Below are positions 54,818 to 61,560 of a stretch of DNA of 64,000 nucleotides, one piece after another. Where the stretch lies: contig NVTY02000061.1 in the NCBI GenBank assembly GCA_002401765.2, positions 5,051-69,050 of the forward strand, given 5' to 3'. This stretch comes from Thiotrichaceae bacterium. GTDB taxonomy: Bacteria > Pseudomonadota > Gammaproteobacteria > SZUA-140. The translations under genes were made by a program, and so were the position numbers. The notes beneath the pieces were generated by a model. That model was given only the letters and a program-made list of their open reading frames with translations. It was not told the origin of the DNA and ran no database searches. How positions within the stretch are numbered: the first letter of the stretch is position 1; the number at the start of each line of letters is the position of its first letter.

Positions 54818-55690
54818 ATGAAAGACGCAGATACCCTGCAACGCTTCCTGTTTGAAAACAGCGATGTTCGCGGCACCTTTATCCACCTTCAAGCAAGCTA
54901 TCAGAGTGCCAGAGATCGGTACGATTATCCTGAATCTGTCGCCCAACCACTTGGGCAAGCGCTCGCCGCCAGCACCCTACTCAGCTCAACGATTAAGTTC
55001 AAAGGCTCCCTGATCTTACAGCTACAGTCGAATGGCCCCATTAACATGCTAGTCGCACAGTGCGATGACCAGCGGCACATCCGAGGCCTGGCGCGCTGGC
55101 AGCAGGAGATCAACGGCGAATCACTCACCGATATCTTTGGCCAAGGCCGTATCACCATTACCATCAATAGTGAGCGCAATGAAGACCGCTACCAAGGCGT
55201 TGTCGGACTCGAAGGGGCCTCACTCAGCGAAGCTATCGAAAGTTATTTCCGCCAATCAGAACAGCTCGATACCCGCCTGTGGCTCTTTGCCGACCACCAA
55301 CAAGCGGTGGGCTTACTGCTCCAACAGCTACCCGGCGAAGCCCCTGACGATAGCTTTTGGCAGCACATCGAAACACTGGGTGAAACACTCACCAGCAGTG
55401 AACTACTACAACTCAGCCCGGCCGAAATCCTACACCGCCTCTTTCACGAAGAAGATATCCGCCTTTTTGAGCCAGAGCCCGTCAGCTTTCGCTGTGGTTG
55501 TAGCCGTCAAAAAATCGCCAGCATGATACGCGCCCTCGGTTCTGACGAAGCCCATTCAATCATTGAAGAGCAAGGCAAGATTGACGTTGGCTGTGAGTTC
55601 TGCAACCAGCAGTACACCTTTGATCGCGTGGATACAGCGGCATTGTTTGCCAACCATGTCTCACCGCTAACACCCGATACAAAGCAATAG
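54818..55690 (+). CDS. hslO: Hsp33 redox-regulated chaperone
   Basis: RFLFE, YQGVV, YFRQSEQL, CGCS...CEFC Zn motif. Confidence 0.97.
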   Translation: MKDADTLQRFLFENSDVRGTFIHLQASYQSARDRYDYPESVAQPLGQALAASTLLSSTIKFKGSLILQLQSNGPINMLVAQCDDQRHIRGLARWQQEINGESLTDIFGQGRITITINSERNEDRYQGVVGLEGASLSEAIESYFRQSEQLDTRLWLFADHQQAVGLLLQQLPGEAPDDSFWQHIETLGETLTSSELLQLSPAEILHRLFHEEDIRLFEPEPVSFRCGCSRQKIASMIRALGSDEAHSIIEEQGKIDVGCEFCNQQYTFDRVDTAALFANHVSPLTPDTKQ

Positions 55691-55814
55691 TGAATGGAAA
55701 ATAGATTATTACCTGATATGCCTAGTTGTGAATCCATGTAAATCCAAGCGCATGGAGTTTTTGACTCACACCACTAACTCAATGGGTTCAACTCGGCTAC
55801 CTGTCATTACTACT

Positions 55815-55997
55815 TAAGGGCACTTCTATTAATTCATAAACGCTCCGCTTAAACCCCCAATCCGCTACATCAGCGTTGCCCATTTTGGCAATAGTCCCGC
55901 TACGGTGTGCCCCTTAGGTATTACCTGCTATTGACGCCTTGAGGCAACGAATTTGGCATTCAATCTGCCTCGCTCAGAATTAATAGAGCGGCCCTTA
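55815..55997. mobile_element. MITE-like element (about 183 bp)
   Basis: Terminal IRs TAAGGGCACTTCTATTAATTC / GAATTAATAGAGCGGCCCTTA (18/21); no ORF. Confidence 0.7.
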
Positions 55998-56042
55998 GAT
56001 CGAATCAACAATGCTGGTATCTGACCCTGAGGCTTGCACACC

Positions 56043-57272
56043 TTAATCAAATTCATTAGCCTGGATCTCATCAACGGCCTCCTGCGCAGCACCTAGCGCT
56101 ACTTCAGCATCGACACCCTCGTCTGCTTCTGGCACTGCAAACTCAATTTCAAAATTCACATCATTAAAACTGGCATCCGCTTCCCCCGTCGCACGAATAT
56201 GCCTGATACTCTTCCCCCCGGTCTCATCCACATGATCGCCCAGCATAAACGCCGCACCACTACAGTTAGGCGTCCCAAGTACCGCATTAAACTCATCACT
56301 CCCCGGTAGCCAGGTGTGTGCTGTTTGATAGGTCACGCCATCAGGAAGTGCCATATACCCTGCCTGTAAAGAAACACTGTTCTGAACACCGTGGCGTTTC
56401 AAGGTATTAAGTTCGGTCATCGCAGCTTTCGCCCGACTCTTCTTAAAAAACCAGAACCGTTGCTTAGAGGCCTCAAAATACTGACGCCATAAAATTTCAG
56501 AGTTGGGAAGTCCACGTGTCACATAGCCTTCCTCATCACGATGGTCTGCATCCGAAATACGCGCCGGGTCACGATTAGCGTAATTCCAATCAGCGCTGAT
56601 ACTCCCCTCAGCCGTATCGATTGCATTGTCATACTGCCCGACCACTTCATTAGGAGCGACACCGATCTCTGCTCGCCCAAAGGTTCTCATCTGTTGCCCG
56701 CCGCCACTTCGGGTTAAATACCAGGCCTGATAACGCCGATCATAATCAGCTCGTATGTCAGCGAGCTGTTGCATGAGCTCTGCATCATTTTGTTGAAATG
56801 CAGCAACTCGAGCATCAAGCTGGTTCCAGTATCTAGCGCCTTTGCCAAGTGTCGTGGCATAAACTGCATTCAGGTGTGCCCAGATAACATCACTTTTTTC
56901 TATCTCTGACCCCTGGCCACCGACAAAACCACCCGCTGCCATGCGTAATTTTGGTCGCTTTAACTCCCCATAACCTGGATTTTCAGTTTTTTTCATCTGC
57001 AACACACCTGGCACAGCGGGTGCCCCTTTCGGTATAGGATGCCCGCTCTTCTGTTGGTCTTCGTAAAAATTTGCCATCGCCTGCGCATCCTCACAAGCCT
57101 TCGCCTGAGGGCTACCATTGATGCCTGAAACCAACGCATGCTGTGCAACGGTAGTGGCACGGTTATCGTTATGTTGTGTCATTGAAGAGTGCTGATGATG
57201 TGACCTGCGCTGCACAGCAGAACTGCGCTCACTAGCACTACAAGCGTTTTTTTCAGAATACCGCCGCATCAT
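56043..57272 (-). CDS. Hypothetical protein, putative secreted effector or toxin with an eCIS-cargo-like N-terminus
   Basis: 409-aa ORF; low-complexity N-terminus with AVQR, DNRATTVAQ...NGSPQ and VLQMK; globular C-terminus with GSDEFNAVLGTPN. ORF is real, function inferred. Confidence 0.55.
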   Translation of the reverse strand: MMRRYSEKNACSASERSSAVQRRSHHQHSSMTQHNDNRATTVAQHALVSGINGSPQAKACEDAQAMANFYEDQQKSGHPIPKGAPAVPGVLQMKKTENPGYGELKRPKLRMAAGGFVGGQGSEIEKSDVIWAHLNAVYATTLGKGARYWNQLDARVAAFQQNDAELMQQLADIRADYDRRYQAWYLTRSGGGQQMRTFGRAEIGVAPNEVVGQYDNAIDTAEGSISADWNYANRDPARISDADHRDEEGYVTRGLPNSEILWRQYFEASKQRFWFFKKSRAKAAMTELNTLKRHGVQNSVSLQAGYMALPDGVTYQTAHTWLPGSDEFNAVLGTPNCSGAAFMLGDHVDETGGKSIRHIRATGEADASFNDVNFEIEFAVPEADEGVDAEVALGAAQEAVDEIQANEFD

Positions 57273-57470
57273 CGCCTCATCATTATGTCAGTCAATCACC
57301 ACGATCAACATTCAACCTACCAGAATCTCAGCTGAGGATAATGTTCTTAATAACAAGACCCTTGTCTCTCTACACCTATCATGACAACTATGGCGTACAT
57401 TAGACGCCCGATCAATGGTGAATCTCCCACAGCTTAACGGATACTTTAAATCAGCTCCCTATTTTCAAAC

Positions 57471-57549
57471 AATTCCAGAGACACAATCTTAATTCACCAG
57501 GATATAAGTATTGTGTCCCTGGATACCTGGATACCTGGATACCTAGATA
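57471..57549. repeat. REP-like palindrome copy 1 plus tandem (CCTGGATA)x3 and CCTAGATA
   Basis: AATTCCAGAGACACAATCTTA-ATTCACCAGGATA-TAAGTATTGTGTCCCTGGA, then octamer repeats at 57518-57549. Confidence 0.85.
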
Positions 57550-57744
57550 CGAAGCCGGTATCCAGAGACCGCTGAACTAGCAAGTTTTGACAACAGCGGT
57601 TCAAGTCTCCGCCCCTTTGGTCATGCATTAATTAATTTTTGAATGGATACTTTTGGTGAGATGGTAATAAAGCGACAATATGATACTTGACCCCTTATCT
57701 ATTTTTTATTGGCGCGTTTTTAGTGAATGTGGATCACAGTGGAA

Positions 57745-57824
57745 AATCAACGACACTGACTCCGTTGATTCATTCTTCAGGATATAAGTATTGTGCCCCC
57801 AGATAGCCGGATAGGAGCGGATAG
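57745..57824. repeat. Small hairpin AATCAACG..CGTTGATT plus a half copy of the REP-like palindrome
   Basis: CAGGATATAAGTATTGTGCCCCCAGATAG followed by CCGGATAG and GCGGATAG echoes. Confidence 0.75.
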
Positions 57825-57934
57825 CGTTGTTTGCCATCCGTGGGAATCATTTTCAACCGGTTACAATTTGTAATCAGTTTACTTTCTTCCTTATTTAATC
57901 GACTTTCCAACACCTTCCAGTAATTTCTGGCAGA
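57821..57934 (-). pseudogene. Bro-N / antirepressor-like gene fragment
   Basis: Manual translation SARNYWKVLESRLNKEESKLITNCNRLKMIPTDGKQRY matches the YWKVLK.RL..EG...VT.C..LK....DGK pattern; cut at the REP-like half copy. Confidence 0.7.
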
Positions 57935-58013
57935 TCTGATGATCTGATGATTTGGCTGCGGGGCAGAACTTGCTCATCGAAACAGCTTCACCCGCCTGAC
58001 AAGTTTTCCATAA

Positions 58014-59039
58014 TTATTTCTTACTGCTTATACCTTGGTCAAGCAACGTCTCTTGCTGCTCCAGTAGCCTATCAAAATCTGATTTGAAAAGCCTATCTTG
58101 TACAATGCGATATTTTTCGAATTCGCTTTCAGCAAAGTCCTTTGCTATTTTGGCCGTGATCTTTCCAGCATCTTGCAATATTTCACGCTCATCAAACTCA
58201 AGAAAGAGATCAAGCCGCTTGCTCCAATCTTCCATCGTCATTGGGATGTTGCGCTTAGCCCGCTCTTCTGCCAGATCAAGGTAAGCATTAACAATTCGGC
58301 CCAACGATTCCAACTCATCTTTGCTCAAGTAGTTCTTGGCAATACTCACGTCGGTTTTGACGATCTTACCATCAGGCGCATTACCCCAGGACGTTAGGCC
58401 CATATGCGTTTCCTCACTATCGGCACGTTGCATAATCAACTCTGCAGCCGTATGACCATGTATGCCAAAGTGAAGTTTGTTCTGAACCTTGGAATAGAAG
58501 TGATTAGTCGCCTCATTATCCCGTGTGTAATCGAGACTAGTCGCATAAATATCGGTAATTTTTTGATAGAAACGACGCTCACTCAGGCGGATTTCACGGA
58601 TTTCAGCCAGCACTCTTTCGAAGTAGTCTTCGCCCAAAAACGAGCCATTTTCCATCCGCTCGTTATCGAGTACATACCCCTTAATTGCAAACTCACGCAA
58701 CACCTGGGTTGCCCACTGGCGAAATTGAGTGGCGCGCCTGGAATTGACGCGGTAACCGACGGAGATAATCATGTCTAGATTGTAGAAATTGGTGGGTTTA
58801 GTAGAAAATTCGGGATTTCCGAATTTCCTCAGCGTCGCGCTTTCATCTAGCTCTTTATCAGCATAAATGTTCTTAATATGCTCATTAACGGTAGATACCG
58901 ACTTGCCAAACAGCTCAGCAATCAGCTTTTGCGTCAACCAGACTGTTTCACCTTCAACTCGTACCTCAATGCTATCCTCACCCGCCTGTGAGGTGAAAAT
59001 CAAGAATTCAGCGGCGGAATTTCGGATAAGTTTCTTCAT
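58014..59039 (-). CDS. rhuM: RhuM family virulence/DNA-binding protein
   Basis: VWLTQKLIAELF, YNLDMIISVGYRVNS.RATQFRQWAT, IRLSERRFYQKITDIY, MGLTSW. Confidence 0.92.
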   Translation of the reverse strand: MKKLIRNSAAEFLIFTSQAGEDSIEVRVEGETVWLTQKLIAELFGKSVSTVNEHIKNIYADKELDESATLRKFGNPEFSTKPTNFYNLDMIISVGYRVNSRRATQFRQWATQVLREFAIKGYVLDNERMENGSFLGEDYFERVLAEIREIRLSERRFYQKITDIYATSLDYTRDNEATNHFYSKVQNKLHFGIHGHTAAELIMQRADSEETHMGLTSWGNAPDGKIVKTDVSIAKNYLSKDELESLGRIVNAYLDLAEERAKRNIPMTMEDWSKRLDLFLEFDEREILQDAGKITAKIAKDFAESEFEKYRIVQDRLFKSDFDRLLEQQETLLDQGISSKK

Positions 59040-59163
59040 GATTGCTTATTTTCTGCTTGATAATTGGGGATCTGATTAACACTTCAGGGTCTATGATTCC
59101 TTAAACAAATCCAGTAAAAGCTGATTTACCGCTCTATTTTAAGCTTTTTTTTAGCTTATACAA

Positions 59164-59247
59164 TTAGTTGGTGAGGTCCGACCGACCCAGATTAGCCAGG
59201 TTAAGCTGCTTAATCTTTACCAGGTTGTTTAAATTCGCCAAGGTCAT
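59164..59247 (-). pseudogene. Truncated HEPN-type toxin partner (27 aa)
   Basis: ATG at 59247 overlaps the MNT 3' end; MTLANLNNLVKIKQL resembles the start of the usual partner, then stops. Confidence 0.55.
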
Positions 59248-59830
59248 CCATCTCCCCCATCAGCATAATTTTGGGCTGCTGTAACACCCGCTGCAAAAAG
59301 GCACTTCCATCGCCTAACTTGCGCCTTAGCTCTCTGGGGCTGTATACCGTCGGGTTGACCGGCCTACCCAGCTGGGCCTCCGCCTCGGCAAGCTGCTCCA
59401 TCAAGGCAACGTAGGAGACCTTTGAGCTAATGAGCATTAGATCGATATCGCTCTTCACAGTCTCACCACCCCTGGCAACAGAACCATAGATAAAGGCTAT
59501 CTTTATCTTGCTCGCAAATGGCAAGAGCGCCTCTTTAAGCACATCTGCAATACCAACGGTTTTAACCACAATCCCACGCAACTCTTCAAAAATAGGACTA
59601 TCAGGGTTCGCCTGATAGTGTTTTTGATTGCCCTGAGCAGAGATTAAAATTAAGCCAACCTCAGACAAACGAGCTAGTTCGCGCTGTACTGTGCCTATTC
59701 CCACCCCTGCCAGCCGAACGATCTCCTGAGTATAAAAGCTCCGCTCCGGTTGCCCAAATAAAAACCTAAGCACCTGCTGCTGAGTTTTGGTAAAAAGCGC
59801 ATTGCCAATCGTAACCTGTTTTTCAGTCAT
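59210..59830 (-). CDS. HTH plus minimal nucleotidyltransferase (MNT antitoxin-type)
   Basis: LFTKTQQQVL, GTVQRELARL HTH; FIYGSVARG..SDIDLM; LGRPVNPTVY. Confidence 0.9.
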   Translation of the reverse strand: MTEKQVTIGNALFTKTQQQVLRFLFGQPERSFYTQEIVRLAGVGIGTVQRELARLSEVGLILISAQGNQKHYQANPDSPIFEELRGIVVKTVGIADVLKEALLPFASKIKIAFIYGSVARGGETVKSDIDLMLISSKVSYVALMEQLAEAEAQLGRPVNPTVYSPRELRRKLGDGSAFLQRVLQQPKIMLMGEMDDLGEFKQPGKD

Positions 59831-59861
59831 AGTTGCCCTGCTAAAATTGCCTCATCTATAT

Positions 59862-59901
59862 CGTTCCTATTTTGGGTATTATAGTACCCATTTTGGGTAT
59901 T
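59862..59901. promoter_or_regulatory. Putative autoregulatory operator of the MNT gene
   Basis: Tandem near-identical quasi-palindromes GTTCCTATTTTGGGTAT and GTACCCATTTTGGGTAT just upstream of the gene. Confidence 0.55.
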
Positions 59902-59950
59902 TCAACTTAAAAAGTTAACCGATAAGCTTCTCACAACATCAACAACCGTT

Positions 59951-60150
59951 TTATGCCCTTCGTACCAGCAGTAGACCACAACCGAAGGCTTTGGCGGGGC
60001 CTATGCCATTGATTAATGCATTAGTAAAATTATCTGCATCTGTAACTGATAGTATTCCCTGAAAATCTAAAGAACTATACTGAATGTCGCTACGTTTACG
60101 AGAAAAGCGGTGCTGTTGATACGAGTCCGCCCTCTACGACTAAAATACAT
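59951..60150 (-). pseudogene. cas6e: Type I-E cas6e (casE) with large internal deletion and frameshift
   Basis: SD GGAGAG plus ATG at 60150 gives MYFSR; another frame gives RADSYQQHRF...SLDFQGILSVTDADNFTNALINGIGPAKAFGCGLLLVRRA* (Cas6 G-rich loop). Not in the ORF track. Confidence 0.88.
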
Positions 60151-60152
60151 CG

Positions 60153-60354
60153 TTACTCTCCTTTCGCTTTAGCCAAACGAATATATTCATCACGACTGGT
60201 AAACTGCCAGCGCTTACGACTCAGGGGCTGGTCATAGCGAACCACTTTCAGATCGTATTCATTGTCACCCATTCCACTATGTTTACACGCTCCCCAATAA
60301 AGCCCAGCTTGCTCGCTTCTTAATTTGTCAGTTGCTTTGATATTTTCAGATAAA
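60153..60354 (-). pseudogene. cas5e: 3' fragment of type I-E cas5e (casD)
   Basis: ...LYWG...RYDQPLSRKRWQFTSRDEY... C-terminal motif; stop 2 nt before the cas6e ATG; 5' part replaced by the REP-like element. Confidence 0.72.
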
Positions 60355-60433
60355 GAATTCCAGGAATTCCAGGGACACAATACTTAATTCACCAGGATAT
60401 AAGTATTGTGTCCCCGGATAGTGTCCCCGGATA
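60355..60433. repeat. REP-like palindrome copy 3 with duplicated ends
   Basis: (GAATTCCAG)x2; perfect 15-bp IR GGGACACAATACTTA / TAAGTATTGTGTCCC with 13-nt loop; (GTGTCCCCGGATA)x2. Confidence 0.9.
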
Positions 60434-60461
60434 GCCCTATTCTCGAAGCGCCTTGTTATGG
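60434..60461 (-). mobile_element. Truncated integron attC (R'' and start of L'' only)
   Basis: Minus strand CCATAAC-AAGGC-GCTTC, 10 nt after the HTH stop; R'' complements the GTTATGG opening the cassette; remainder lost at the REP-like element. Confidence 0.75.
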
Positions 60462-60471
60462 CTTTTGTGAT

Positions 60472-60702
60472 TCACAACTTAGCCAGCGCAAGAAGCTCTG
60501 ATGGTTTTATTTTTAGCGCAGTTGCAACTCGGATGATATTCATCAGCGAAATATTTCTTTCCCCACGCTCTACTGCCCCCATGTAAGTTCGATGTACTCC
60601 GCAATAAGAAGCGAATGCCTCTTGAGAGTATCCTAATTCTTTGCGGTTATTTCGGATAACCGTGCCAAGTCGTTTTTGTGCCTTTTCGTGATCAATTGCC
60701 AT
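60472..60702 (-). CDS. XRE/HTH_3 regulator, controller (C) protein-like, cassette-borne
   Basis: SQEAFA...HRTYMGAVERGERNISLMNI; likely start ATG at 60702. Confidence 0.9.
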   Translation of the reverse strand: MAIDHEKAQKRLGTVIRNNRKELGYSQEAFASYCGVHRTYMGAVERGERNISLMNIIRVATALKIKPSELLALAKL

Positions 60703-60743
60703 AAGTGACAATTATTCTCAATGATGACTTTAAATCTACACTT

Positions 60744-60797
60744 TATAAGTAGCATTTTATCTCTGGCTTGCTATAATGAACCCTATAAGTAGCATTT
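60744..60797. promoter_or_regulatory. Paired operator-like direct repeats in the divergent promoter of the cassette
   Basis: TATAAGTAGCATTT at 60744-60757 and 60784-60797; TATAAT at 60772. Confidence 0.6.
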
Positions 60798-60811
60798 AGT
60801 GGGGAAATCTA

Positions 60812-60991
60812 ATGACAATAGAGCCTGAAATTCGCATTACTAAATATAAAAATACCCGCTTCTATGCTGTCTGGGTTAATGAGGAACTTCTGGCTGTGGT
60901 CTGCTATAAGAAAGGGGCTTTGGCTATCAAACAAGCGTTGTTAAATTCTTTAAATATCAATACGCTAAAAACTTCATTTGTGGAGCCATAA
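60812..60991 (+). CDS. 59-aa hypothetical protein, divergent from the HTH gene within the cassette
   Basis: MTIEPEIRITKYKNTRFYAVWVNEELLAVVCYKKGALAIKQALLNSLNINTLKTSFVEP*; GGGG SD; stop lies in the attC core. Below the ORF track cut-off. Confidence 0.7.
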   Translation: MTIEPEIRITKYKNTRFYAVWVNEELLAVVCYKKGALAIKQALLNSLNINTLKTSFVEP

Positions 60992-61089
60992 CGTTTTAGC
61001 TCAGCCGACCATTGGAGCGGCGTGAGGCTTGTGGCATTCGCCACAAATGAATGCCGCGGAAATGGGTCGGCTGTAGCGCCTGGTTAGCT
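60986..61089 (-). mobile_element. Complete integron attC site (104 bp)
   Basis: Minus strand R'' AGCTAAC, spacer CAGGC, L'' GCT(A)CAG with extrahelical base, stem CCGACC/GGTCGG, L' CTGAGC, spacer TAAAAC, R' GTTATGG. Confidence 0.9.
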
Positions 61090-61541
61090 GCTGAATCACG
61101 CTATGATACTCCATCTTAACTTTTCACTTGCCGAAACTACTTTCTTTAAACTGAATTTCGATAAGACAAAAAACCTTACCGTTTGCACAGCAGCTTTACG
61201 CACTTCCCTGCCGACTGGCTCTGAATGTATATGCACTTTTTTGACACTCAAAACTTTCAGATGACACTGCTGGTTATAAAAAAGTGTGTATACATTCAGA
61301 GCATTCAACTGGTTCTTCCCACCACTCTCTTAGAATGGGTGCGTTAAGTTGCCTTGAATAGAACTTAATGAAACTGAATAAAGCTACCAAGCTGCACATG
61401 GCCTGCTGTTCAAGGCTATGTGCATTCGATGGCTACCATTTTTCAATACGACCTCATAACTAAAAATGCATTACTAAAACACCACCTGTTAACCCATGAA
61501 TATTGGAATTTTCATTTCGACTTTAATTTCTTGGCAGCTAA
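60992..61541 (-). mobile_element. Integron gene cassette (550 bp) with no convincing ORF
   Basis: Opens at G/TTAGCTGC (61542-61534, minus) and closes with GCAGCTAAC (61091-61083); 9-bp complementarity as expected for a circularisable cassette. Confidence 0.8.
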
Positions 61542-61560
61542 CAGTGCCAATAGGCAGAAA
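61536..61560 (-). mobile_element. Integron recombination core (attI-like or 3' end of an attC) abutting the CRISPR array
   Basis: Minus strand TTTCTGCCTATTGGCACT-GTTAGCT directly after the last repeat. Confidence 0.6.

Noticed and set aside
54484-55690. hslO rather than nadB divergent from rpoE
   Set aside because: Ordinary synteny variation; no sign of a nadB remnant or mobile element.
60153-60380. 75-aa track ORF as an intact hypothetical protein
   Set aside because: Its first residues (MCPWNSWNS) come from the REP-like element; the rest is a cas5e 3' fragment.
60986-61089. Reading the cassette array on the plus strand because the 59-aa ORF stops in TAAC
   Set aside because: Spacer lengths (5 then 6 nt) and the extrahelical base fit canonical attC only on the minus strand.
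61096-61308. 70-aa minus-strand ORF as the cassette's gene
   Set aside because: TTG start about 230 bp into the cassette, no recognisable motif, and it overlaps a 25-bp inverted repeat. Not excluded, but unsupported.
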